A DNA stretch of 19,084 nucleotides from a virus (Duplodnaviria > Heunggongvirae > Uroviricota > Caudoviricetes), in the IMG/VR virus record IMGVR_UViG_2744054976_000008, one strand, 5' to 3'. The notes beneath the pieces are model-generated. The model saw only the letters and a list, made by a program, of their open reading frames with translations. It had not been told where the DNA came from and did no database searches. Below are positions 7,592 to 16,126 of the stretch, one piece after another. Positions within the stretch are counted from its first letter, which is position 1. Each line of letters begins with the position of its first letter. Position numbers and translations under genes: made by a program.

Positions 7592-10260
7592 CAATACAGA
7601 CGGTTACGCAGATTTCAGCCGCCGCACGGGGGAAATGGCCCGTTATTCTGCAGATGCTGCGTATTGATGTACCTGAAAACGGCAGGCACGGTCCCTGCCC
7701 GAAATGTGGGGGCAAGGATCGTTTTCGCCTTGATGACCTTGACGGGCGCGGGACGTGGATCTGCAGCCAGTGTGGCAATGGTGATGGTCTGGATCTGGTT
7801 AAGCTCGTAACCGGTTACAGCGTCAGAAAGGCTGCGCAGGAGGTGGCGCAGGTGCTTAATGTGCCGGATGTGCAGGAACTGCCTGTTAAGCCTGCCAGAC
7901 AAAAAGCCCCTAAACGCGACATGGGTCTTACCGTGGCGGCGCTGATGAAAGAGAGCCACACGGGAGAAAGCGCCTATCTGACAGAAAAAGGGTTCGCCGG
8001 ATACCCGGCCTCTCTGACCGGAAGCGTGCAGCATATCAGCGGTAAGGATTTCCCTGCCGGTTCCCTGCTGTTACCACTCACGACCAACACCGGAGCCGTG
8101 ACCGGTGCACAGCTTATCGCCCCGACGGGTGAAAAAAGCATACTGCCCGGCAGCACGATGAAAGGCGCGTTTGTGTCGCTCAGCCCGTTACCGTCTGAAC
8201 CACCGGTACAGGTGGTGATTACCGAAGGTTACGCTACGGCGCTGACGGTAAGCCAGCTCACTGCCGGATGCGTAGTGGCTGCCATATCTGCGGGCAACCT
8301 GCCCAATGTGGCGCAGTCGCTGCGGGCACGCTGGCCTGAGGTAAAAATTATCATCGCCGGTGATAACGATTTTCAGGACGGGGGTGAGAATCCCGGCAGA
8401 GCCTTTGCTGAACGGGCGGCAAAAGCTGTTGGCGGTTGGATGACGCTGCCACCAGGAGAGATTAAGGCTGACTGGAATGACTTTCATCGGGAGCACGGTA
8501 TTACCCGTGCCCGTGAAGCCTTTCGCAACGGTCTGGTACTGTGCGGGGAAGGCCGCACGCAACTGCCGCACGGGTTCCGTCTTACCCAGGAATATCTCTG
8601 GTATGAAAAGCAGGTACAGCGCAACGGTGAGACGGAGATCCAGAACGTCAAAATATGCAGCCCGCTGCGCGTGACGGCAATCACCTGCGATGCCGATGGC
8701 GGTAACTTCGGACGACTGCTGGAATGGGAAGATACGTGGGGTGAGCGTCGCCGCTGGGCGATGCCGATGGAAATGCTGAGCGGCAGTGGTGAGGAACTGC
8801 GCCGGGTACTGCTGGTTAACGGGCTGTCTTATATCAGCACCACCGGCGAGGCACGCGCACGCCTGATGGAATATATCTCACTGTGTAAACCGGAACGCCG
8901 CGTGACCTGCGTCAGCCGTACTGGCTGGCATGGTCAGGTTTACGTCCTGCAGGATGAGGTCAGCGGTGAAGGTGCAGAGGGTGTCATTCTCCAGACCACT
9001 TCCGTGCAGGGGCGTGATTTCCGCGTGTCGGGCACAACAGAGGAATGGCGGGAGAACGTATCCCGCTACTGTGCCGGCAACTCCCGCGTGGCATTTGCTG
9101 TCAGCCTGGCCTTTGCTGCACCACTGTTACGGCTGGTTGGTATGGACGGCGGCGGCTACCACCTCAAAGGGGAATCGACAGACGGTAAGACCACCACCAT
9201 GAAAGCGGCAACCTCCGTCTGCGGCGGGCCTGACTACTGGCAGACATGGCGGGCCACCGGCAACGCGCTGGAGGGATGCGCCAGCCGCCGCAACGATGCC
9301 GCCATGATGCTTGATGAGATCCGGGAAGTTGACGGACGCGAGGCAGGCAATATCGCCTACATGCTGGCAAACGGTCAGGGCAAGGGCCGTGCCGGTACGG
9401 ACGGTGAGCTGCGTACCCGTAAGCAGTGGCGCCTGTTGTTCTTTTCAACTGGCGAGTTGTCTCTGACCGAACATGCGGCAAAGGCCGGTGAGCGTACTTT
9501 TGCCGGGATGGAAGTCAGGATGATCCAGATCCCCAGCGATTCCGGGAAATTTGGCGTTTTTGAGGAACTGCACGGCTTCGACAGCGGCAAGGCTCTGGCA
9601 GAGCATCTTGAATGGGCCACGTCCTGCTACTACGGTTCGCCGTTCCGGGAGTGGCTGAAAGTACTGACCGCTGATCTTAATGGACTAACGGCACAGGCAA
9701 AATCGCTGATGAAGGAATATGCTGCCGCCCTGACTCCGAAAGATGCAGGCAATCAGGTGGGCCGGGCTGTGAATCGCTTTGCACTGGTGGCGATGGCGGG
9801 TGAACTGGCAACCCGTCTGGGTATCACCGGCTGGCCTGAGGGTGAAGCACTGCGGGCAACCCGCGTCTGCCTGAACGCATGGCTGAAAGATCGCGGGCAC
9901 ACCGCCAATCAGGAAGATATTGCCGCACTGGAGCAGGTTCGCAGTTTCTTTACCGCGAATCAGTACAGCCGCTTTGCAGACTGGTATGACGAGCGCAACC
10001 GCCCCGGCAATATGGTGGGCTGGCGCAGGGTGGAGAAAGGCAGTACCGCGCAGGGCACGGAAGCTGTCACTACGTTCTATGTCATGCCGTCCGGCTGGAA
10101 AGAAATCTGCAGGGGATTTGACCCGCGCAAGGTGGCGCGTCTGTGCGCAGATCGTGGATACCTGCTCCCCTCCACTGATGGCAAACTCCAGACAACCATT
10201 CGCCCGCCAGAGATGAATCCCCGCAGGCTCTATGTCTTCAACAGCAAGGTGCCGGGTTAA
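7588..10260 (+). CDS. P4 alpha-like bifunctional DNA primase-helicase (zinc ribbon + Toprim + P-loop NTPase)
   Basis: 890 aa. N-terminal Cys4 zinc ribbon CPKCGGKDRFRLDD...WICSQCG; Toprim signatures VVITEGYATA and IIIAGDNDFQDGG; Walker A GESTDGKTT in the C-terminal half. Confidence 0.85.
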   Translation: MTIQTVTQISAAARGKWPVILQMLRIDVPENGRHGPCPKCGGKDRFRLDDLDGRGTWICSQCGNGDGLDLVKLVTGYSVRKAAQEVAQVLNVPDVQELPVKPARQKAPKRDMGLTVAALMKESHTGESAYLTEKGFAGYPASLTGSVQHISGKDFPAGSLLLPLTTNTGAVTGAQLIAPTGEKSILPGSTMKGAFVSLSPLPSEPPVQVVITEGYATALTVSQLTAGCVVAAISAGNLPNVAQSLRARWPEVKIIIAGDNDFQDGGENPGRAFAERAAKAVGGWMTLPPGEIKADWNDFHREHGITRAREAFRNGLVLCGEGRTQLPHGFRLTQEYLWYEKQVQRNGETEIQNVKICSPLRVTAITCDADGGNFGRLLEWEDTWGERRRWAMPMEMLSGSGEELRRVLLVNGLSYISTTGEARARLMEYISLCKPERRVTCVSRTGWHGQVYVLQDEVSGEGAEGVILQTTSVQGRDFRVSGTTEEWRENVSRYCAGNSRVAFAVSLAFAAPLLRLVGMDGGGYHLKGESTDGKTTTMKAATSVCGGPDYWQTWRATGNALEGCASRRNDAAMMLDEIREVDGREAGNIAYMLANGQGKGRAGTDGELRTRKQWRLLFFSTGELSLTEHAAKAGERTFAGMEVRMIQIPSDSGKFGVFEELHGFDSGKALAEHLEWATSCYYGSPFREWLKVLTADLNGLTAQAKSLMKEYAAALTPKDAGNQVGRAVNRFALVAMAGELATRLGITGWPEGEALRATRVCLNAWLKDRGHTANQEDIAALEQVRSFFTANQYSRFADWYDERNRPGNMVGWRRVEKGSTAQGTEAVTTFYVMPSGWKEICRGFDPRKVARLCADRGYLLPSTDGKLQTTIRPPEMNPRRLYVFNSKVPG

Positions 10261-10293
10261 GGCTTTGCGTGAGTCTTATTTATTAAGGGTAAC

Positions 10294-10482
10294 AGGTGAA
10301 ACAGGTGGAACAACCGTATTTTACAGGGCTGAACCTGTTCCACCTTCTGAAATAGTGAGGTGGAACAGATGTAACGCCAGCCAATCCGCTGTTCCACCTT
10401 GTTACCCGCGATGTTCCACCGGTGCAGTGCATATAAATGCTTTACAAAACAAAGCAGTAACACATGTTTCACCTGTTCCACC
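10294..10482. repeat. Iteron array: eight copies of the 9-mer TGTT(C/T)CACC in both orientations; putative P4-type ori/crr
   Basis: Copies start at 10294 and 10304 (reverse orientation), 10336, 10359 (reverse), 10390, 10412, 10465 and 10474. They sit in the non-coding gap between the primase gene and the Psu-like gene. P4 ori/crr is built from a repeated TGTTCACC-type octamer bound by alpha (from memory). Confidence 0.6.
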
Positions 10483-10660
10483 GCATAAGGGACATACAGC
10501 AGACTGAAACAGAGGGCATTTTTATCTGGCTGGCTTTCATAGCCACGTCTGAATAACCGCAATCGCGCGTTGTGCCAGCCACCATACACTGAGCACCGAT
10601 AGTGTGCTTGTGTCAGCCACGACACAATTTACGTAACGAATCAACCCGACAGGAGAAGTC

Positions 10661-11422
10661 ATGAACAACACCGCAGTGAATAACAATCTTTCCTCTTTTC
10701 CGGCTGTAACGCAGCGGGCACTGGAAACCATGAACACAGCCAGAAACGCATGGCTTGAAGCACGTCGTCAGCAGAAAGCGGCAGCGGATAATATTGCGAC
10801 AATCCGCCAGCGCCGCGCTGAAATGGAAGCCACGACTAACGCGCTGAATGAGGAGTGGCGCACGCTGTTTCGTGAAAGTCAGGGCGTAGTCTCAAAGGAA
10901 ATGAAAAAACTGCGTACGGAAATTGCGCTGGGGCGTGAAACGCTTGAGGATTTTGATGAGCTGCTGACTGCTCAGGAAAGCGAAAATGCATTATTACCGC
11001 AGGAAGCCGGGAAATTAGCCGGGCAGTATATCAGCGCACATAACACCCTTGTGGAAATTCGCGCAAAGCAAATCTGGGAAGACTTCATGCAGTCGCATGG
11101 AAAAGCGCTTATTCAGACGCTGAGCCTGCTTAAATCAACAATGGGCCGGGAAGCCAGTGCTGTTGTGGGTGTGGTGAATTCAGTTAATGACCCGGACACA
11201 GTGCTGAAAGACTTTATTCATAAACATATCACCAGACCGGCTCTGGCTAACGATGCGATGCCTGAACAGGACCCGGTGTTTAAACTGGCGGGAGTTGCCC
11301 CGGATTATGCAGCTCTTGCTGATTTCCGCAAAATTCCTTCTCCGGCAGCCCTTCATAAAATGAAGATCCGGCAGGAACGTGAGGAACTACAAAAACGTAA
11401 CCGAGCTGCGGAGGGTATCTGA
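10661..11422 (+). CDS. P4 Psu-like (polarity suppression) or Sid-like coiled-coil protein
   Basis: 253 aa, strongly helical and charged; AGGAG upstream. The segment SAHNTLVEIRAKQIWEDFMQSHGKAL resembles my recollection of P4 Psu; the gene lies immediately upstream of an Ogr/Delta gene as in the P4 late operon. Psu versus Sid cannot be resolved without an alignment. Confidence 0.5.
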   Translation: MNNTAVNNNLSSFPAVTQRALETMNTARNAWLEARRQQKAAADNIATIRQRRAEMEATTNALNEEWRTLFRESQGVVSKEMKKLRTEIALGRETLEDFDELLTAQESENALLPQEAGKLAGQYISAHNTLVEIRAKQIWEDFMQSHGKALIQTLSLLKSTMGREASAVVGVVNSVNDPDTVLKDFIHKHITRPALANDAMPEQDPVFKLAGVAPDYAALADFRKIPSPAALHKMKIRQEREELQKRNRAAEGI

Positions 11423-11694
11423 TGGCATTGAAATGTCCTTTCTGTTCAGCCATTGCACATTGTCGAGCCAGTGTGTACGAAGCCCCCTCTGTAAAGAAAA
11501 CGTACTACCAGTGCCAGAATCTGGAATGTTCAAGCACTTTTACGGCGCTTGAATCAGTGCATACCATTATCACCCGCCCGCAGAAAGAAGAGAATACGCA
11601 GACAGTAGAGGAGGCTACAGACAAAAAAGGGCAGACACTGAATCGCTATGGCTCTGCATCCAAGCTTTCCAGCCGCCAACAAATCCCTGTCTGA
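11422..11694 (+). CDS. Ogr/Delta-family zinc-finger late transcription activator
   Basis: MALKCPFCSAIAHCRASVYEAPSVKKTYYQCQNLECSSTF has the C-x2-C...C-x4-C spacing and YxCxN motif of P2 Ogr / P4 Delta. Start overlaps the upstream stop (TGATG). Confidence 0.8.
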   Translation: MALKCPFCSAIAHCRASVYEAPSVKKTYYQCQNLECSSTFTALESVHTIITRPQKEENTQTVEEATDKKGQTLNRYGSASKLSSRQQIPV

Positions 11695-11709
11695 TTCTCC
11701 CCTACATAC

Positions 11710-11733
11710 TCCCGGTCCTGAGCCGGGATTTTT
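11710..11733 (+). terminator. Rho-independent terminator after the Ogr/Delta gene
   Basis: TCCCGG-TCCTGAG-CCGGGA stem-loop followed by TTTTT, 16 nt after the stop codon. Confidence 0.7.
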
Positions 11734-12312
11734 ACGCCTTTTCTTGGCTGGCTTGAGGACGTATGAGTGCATGTCTATGGCGCATGAAAACGCATGAGTT
11801 CCATGCACCAATTTTGACGCGAAAGCCCTTGTGTTGCGGTTCCTGAGACGATTTACGGGGTGCATGAAAACCATTCTGTTAAGCGAAATGGGTAGGCGGG
11901 CGGGGCTGCGCACGTGGTAGGGCTAAATGGTCAATTCTGGTGCAATTCGCGAAACTCAGTCAGTTTCAATAGATGTAAGTGTTGCTGGGGGAGATTCGCT
12001 ACTTTTTGGTATCCTAAATCGTATGGTTCGATGTTGATCATCTTTTCTTCGCACCTGCAGAGATATCAATTAAATGTGAACAAATAAGAGTCTGGATCTT
12101 CCCATATCGCTAAAACCGCCAGTATTGTTAGGGATGATGCCCATATTATGCGGTGGGGACCAGCGAGCCGCCAACTTGTCAGCGTGGCCTACACAATTTC
12201 ATGCAGGTGACTGAAACTATTACATTAAGTGGTCAAGTGTAGCGAGGATGCGATTGCGCGCAACGATGTAAAGAGTTATAAAAGCATAAAGGATAGTACT
12301 GTGAGGGGGGTT

Positions 12313-13590
12313 ATGAACCGGCAGCCATTTACTTCATCAGCACTTAAGCGTAACTTGAGTGAAAGTGAGAAGAGTTTTTATTTTAATAAAAACAATGTGG
12401 ATAAATTAGAATCATTAATCAGTGATGCTGTTTTAATTGCCAGCGAAAATTTTCGTTCTGGAGTAACTGTAAAGAAAATAAATATCAAAGGACGTTGTGT
12501 TTACAACGCATCTTGTTTAAAAGAAAAACTAATACTTAGACATTGTAATGCAAACTTAAAATGTTTGGAGTCACTTCTACCCAAACAAAGAAATAAAATA
12601 ATTGATGAGCTTAAAATTTATCTCAAAGAAGGTGCACAATTCCGAGTGTATCGCTTAGATATAAAATCTTTTTTTGAATCTATCGATTTGCCTCAGCTCT
12701 TTCAATATTTGCAAGATGAACGGCGTTTATCCAGACATACTAAAAATTTGATAGAATGGTATCTTAAAGCTTGTGAAAGAATCCATTCATCAAAAGGTTT
12801 GCCAAGAGGACTGGAGATTAGTCCTATGTTATCTGAGCTATATTTGGCAGCATTTGATAGTAGTATTCATCGGCATTCAGAAGTGTTTTATTACTCTCGC
12901 TTTGTAGATGATATGGTGATCATTTCAAGTGGAAATGAATGCCCATCGACTTTAATGAAACAAATACAAAGTTTGTTACCCAAGGGATTAAGTTTAAATA
13001 CAAATAAGTTGAAGGTGTCCCCACTTATCGACAAAAGAAGCAAAGGCACGGCAGGTAAAGATAAATTACTCCATAAATTTGATTTTTTAGGTTACTCTTT
13101 TTCTGTAATAGATTCTCCTCTAAGTAACAAAGGTGCTACTTTAAGTGTATATAGAAAAGTAACTGTAGATTTATCTCGTGGACGCATAAAAAAAATTAAA
13201 ACTAGAATAGCAAAAGCTTTCTACTCCTACCATAGAACTGGTGATTTTAAATTGTTATTAGATAGAATTTCTTTTTTAACAAGCAATAGAGATTTAAATA
13301 GGAAGATTAGATCATTAAGTTCATTAGAGAAAGGTAAGGTTAGTACTGGAATTTATTATAGTAATGCAAGATTGGATGTAAATTCTATATCCTTAAAGCA
13401 ATTAGATGATTTTTTATTATATTGTGTTAAATCGAACAACGGACGTTTGCATAGTATTGCGAAACATTCCTTCACTGTAAACCAAAGAAAGGAGTTATTG
13501 CGCAATAGTTTTAGAAAAGGTTTTGTTGATAGAGTTTATAGGAAGTACAATTTCAAACGTTACACTGAGATCACAAAAATATGGCTATAA
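12313..13590 (+). CDS. Reverse transcriptase 1 (about 425 aa; defence-associated RT, candidate DRT3a/UG3-like)
   Basis: Track ORF 12229..13590 starts at a GTG; the likely start is ATG 12313 with GAGGGGGG upstream. RT motifs: RLDIKSFFESID (motif 1/2-like), GLPRGLEISPMLSELYLAAFD (motif B-like), YYSRFVDDMVIIS (catalytic F-x-D-D, motif C), LHKFDFLGYSF. Strongly AT-rich codon usage unlike the flanking backbone. Confidence 0.8.
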   Translation: MNRQPFTSSALKRNLSESEKSFYFNKNNVDKLESLISDAVLIASENFRSGVTVKKINIKGRCVYNASCLKEKLILRHCNANLKCLESLLPKQRNKIIDELKIYLKEGAQFRVYRLDIKSFFESIDLPQLFQYLQDERRLSRHTKNLIEWYLKACERIHSSKGLPRGLEISPMLSELYLAAFDSSIHRHSEVFYYSRFVDDMVIISSGNECPSTLMKQIQSLLPKGLSLNTNKLKVSPLIDKRSKGTAGKDKLLHKFDFLGYSFSVIDSPLSNKGATLSVYRKVTVDLSRGRIKKIKTRIAKAFYSYHRTGDFKLLLDRISFLTSNRDLNRKIRSLSSLEKGKVSTGIYYSNARLDVNSISLKQLDDFLLYCVKSNNGRLHSIAKHSFTVNQRKELLRNSFRKGFVDRVYRKYNFKRYTEITKIWL

Positions 13591-15599
13591 AGAAAAATGT
13601 AAAACTTGATAAGAAGGATTACCTCAGGGCTTTACTATGTGATACGCAACCAGGTGACTGTCCCATCATCTTTTCAAATGATGGATTGTATTTGAACCTG
13701 ACCGAGTTTGAAAATCATTATAAGGAGATTTTGTATTTCTCTCCCCTTTCTTCATTCGTAAAGAAAATTATTAATCCTGCTTTTGATTTGTCTATAAAAA
13801 TAGAAGAACGAGAAAAAGACAAGAAGAAACAAAGCTTTCCGTTTGGCTATTGCATTGTCAAGGATGCTTTTAGTTTAAGATATCTTTCTTTAATTCATCC
13901 CAGATCGCAACTTAATTATTGTGAGTTTTATAAAAATTACTCAACTGTTATAACATTAAATGCGTCAAAAAGTAATTACTCTATAAGATATCCTCGAAAG
14001 GTCGCAAACTCATTCTTCTTATATGAAAATAATGCCTCAGAGAAATATAAAGGAGAGGATATTGAAACAACAAATGATGAATTAATGAGGAAGTATTCAT
14101 CATCTTATTTTTCTTATGGCGGATTTAATAGGATATATAAGTTATTTCAAAGTAAAATGTTTTTTGATCTTGAGAAAAGATTCTCAATAATGTGGATGTT
14201 AGATGTATCACATTGTTTTGATAGTATATATACTCATTCTATTTCATGGGCTTTAAAAAATAAACCTTACATCAGAAAACATGTGAAATATAGCAATCAA
14301 TTTGGTCAGGAACTAGATACGTTGATGCAACGTAGTAATAATAATGAAACAAATGGTATACCTATAGGCTCAGAATTTAGTCGGGTCTTTGCTGAGTTAA
14401 TATTCCAGCGTATCGATTGTAGTATTGAATCAAATCTTTTTGATGAATACGGGTGGGTTAATCACGAGGACTATGTGATATTAAGGTATGTGGATGATTT
14501 TATAGTGTTTTGCAACAATGAAGCAAATGCTGAACTTATCACTAAAACCATTAACGTGAAGCTAAATGATTTTAATCTTCAGTTAAATATCAATAAACTT
14601 AAAAAATATTCTAGACCATTCTGCACTAGCAAGACAGGATTGATCATTAAAGTTAACGAACTAGTGCGGAATCTTGAAGGTAAATTATATAAAAGGATTG
14701 ATGGTGACATTTTTCTAAATAAGATTAGAAGCAAGCATGATTTAAAAGTGAATATGATAAATAATATCAAGTCTATATGTGTTGATAACAAGGTTTCTTA
14801 CACGGATATTTCCTCGTATCTGATATCTTCATTATCAAAAAGATTAATATTAATTATTGATTTCTTTCCGGTGGAAAAGATTAAAGGTGATGTTGAAATA
14901 CGTAAGAATATTAAAGATATTATATTTTTAGTAACTGATATAATGTTGTTTTTCTTCAGTGTTAACCCAACTGTGTCATCTTCATATAAATTATCAAAAA
15001 CAATGGTTATCGTTAATGATTATTTGAAAATGCTTTCAAGTGATTATAGCAGTATTTTTATGACAACATTAATAGATACTGCTGAAAATATCAATTTTGG
15101 TGAAAATGACAATGGTCTTTTTATTGATGGGTTTATTTCCATAGAGAAAGTTAATTTGATATTAGCTGCTACTTTTTTTGGGGATAATTATCTTGTAAGC
15201 ACTTCTTTCTTTAATGGTATTATACATAAAAAGAAATTGGATTACTTTACAATAATCTCATTATTATTCTATTTTAGAAATAGAAAACCTTATCAAGAAC
15301 TTAAACATATTGTTGAGGTTAGAATTAAAGATTTGCTATATCCTGATATGGATTTATTACAATCATCGGAAAAGGCACATTTATTCTTGGATGTTATGTC
15401 TTGCCCATTTGTTTCAATTGAGACAAGACGATTTTTGTACAGAAAATATCTCAAAAAATATGAGAAAAATGTGAATAGAAGCCATTTGGAAATTGAGAGC
15501 GATCTGCAATCTATGCTCAAAACTTATTGGTTTGTCAAGTGGGATGAGTTAGATCTTGTAAAGATGATTGAGAAAAAAGAATTGAAAGAAAGTTATTAA
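13581..15599 (+). CDS. Reverse transcriptase 2 (672 aa, with a long C-terminal extension; candidate DRT3b/UG8-like)
   Basis: ATG 13581 overlaps the RT1 stop by 10 nt. RT motifs: MLDVSHCFDSIYTHSISW (motif A-like), GIPIGSEFSRVFAELIF (motif B-like), ILRYVDDFIVF (YVDD catalytic motif), LQLNINKLKK. About 300 aa follow the fingers/palm region. AT-rich. Confidence 0.8.
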   Translation: MAIKKNVKLDKKDYLRALLCDTQPGDCPIIFSNDGLYLNLTEFENHYKEILYFSPLSSFVKKIINPAFDLSIKIEEREKDKKKQSFPFGYCIVKDAFSLRYLSLIHPRSQLNYCEFYKNYSTVITLNASKSNYSIRYPRKVANSFFLYENNASEKYKGEDIETTNDELMRKYSSSYFSYGGFNRIYKLFQSKMFFDLEKRFSIMWMLDVSHCFDSIYTHSISWALKNKPYIRKHVKYSNQFGQELDTLMQRSNNNETNGIPIGSEFSRVFAELIFQRIDCSIESNLFDEYGWVNHEDYVILRYVDDFIVFCNNEANAELITKTINVKLNDFNLQLNINKLKKYSRPFCTSKTGLIIKVNELVRNLEGKLYKRIDGDIFLNKIRSKHDLKVNMINNIKSICVDNKVSYTDISSYLISSLSKRLILIIDFFPVEKIKGDVEIRKNIKDIIFLVTDIMLFFFSVNPTVSSSYKLSKTMVIVNDYLKMLSSDYSSIFMTTLIDTAENINFGENDNGLFIDGFISIEKVNLILAATFFGDNYLVSTSFFNGIIHKKKLDYFTIISLLFYFRNRKPYQELKHIVEVRIKDLLYPDMDLLQSSEKAHLFLDVMSCPFVSIETRRFLYRKYLKKYEKNVNRSHLEIESDLQSMLKTYWFVKWDELDLVKMIEKKELKESY

Positions 15600-15870
15600 T
15601 CTGATAGAAATATAACTGTGGTCAGTTTCAAAATACTTACGTTATTATTGTTGATGTGTTTTTGCGTTGGCAGTAATACGATTTCGCTGGATCTGAAATC
15701 GGCTTAATTGCTTAAACTTAAGTTAATAAATTTGCTTAAGATCCGATCCTGTTAAGCAGGAGAAGGAGCTTTCAGGTTCAGTTGAGAGTAGTTGCTAGCT
15801 GTTTATAGCTTAACCAGAACAGCTTGTGGTGCTTACACACCTGATGTTGAGAAACTGGCCACACCTACGC

Positions 15871-16006
15871 CCATGCTTCCCATGCTTCCNNNNNNNNNNN
15901 NNNNNNNNNNNNNNNNNNNNNNNNNNNNNNNNNNNNNNNNNNNNNNNNNNNNNNNNNNNNNNNNNNNNNNNNNNNNNNNNNNNNNNNCCATGCTTCCCAT
16001 GCTTCC
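15871..16006. repeat. 9-bp tandem repeat (CCATGCTTC) interrupted by an unresolved 98-nt run of N (15890..15987)
   Basis: Two full units plus one base are visible on each side (15871-15889 and 15988-16006). The right-hand units are exactly in phase with the left (117 nt = 13 x 9), so the gap is consistent with 11 hidden units, about 15 in total. N bases are not biological sequence. Confidence 0.6.
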
Positions 16007-16107
16007 AGAGCTGTAAATGGAACTAAATTGTGGGGCATGTATGGGGGCATATCATTTTAAATAAATTATTATTTTCTTGTTTTTCAGTTTGTTATGTGCA
16101 TGTTTTG

Positions 16108-16126
16108 CTCCTATTATCGGCACCAT
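16108..16126 (+). repeat. attR core: 19-bp direct repeat CTCCTATTATCGGCACCAT
   Basis: Identical to 3420..3438. Here only the terminal 18 nt plus one base of the tRNA-like sequence are present; upstream sequence does not match the tRNA. Confidence 0.75.

Larger units (their letters stand above)
3420..16126 (+). mobile_element. P4-like satellite prophage / integrative element (~12.7 kb) carrying a two-RT defence cargo
   Basis: Bounded by identical 19-bp direct repeats derived from a tRNA 3' end. Contains int, an AlpA-family gene, a P4 alpha-like primase-helicase, iterons, a Psu-like gene and an Ogr/Delta gene. AT-rich cargo blocks are embedded in a GC-richer backbone. Confidence 0.75.

Noticed and set aside
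7318-10216. Multiple minus-strand and alternative-frame ORFs inside the small early genes and the primase-helicase gene (for example 7392..7778, 7615..8034, 8188..8571, 9164..9481, 9920..10216)
   Set aside because: They are shadow ORFs in GC-rich coding DNA; the plus-strand genes have the motifs and operon structure.
11554-11913. Track ORF 11554..11913 (minus)
   Set aside because: It overlaps the Ogr/Delta gene antisense and spans its terminator hairpin; no supporting features.
12313-15599. Retron or group II intron as the explanation for the reverse transcriptases
   Set aside because: There are two full-length RTs in tandem rather than one RT with an upstream msr/msd. I see no endonuclease or maturase domain or intron-like boundaries, and the genes sit in a satellite-phage cargo slot. 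Not formally excluded without HMM searches.
15871-16006. Possible CRISPR array suggested by short direct repeats
   Set aside because: The 9-bp units are contiguous with no spacers and far shorter than CRISPR repeats; no cas genes are present. Treated as a tandem repeat with an assembly gap.
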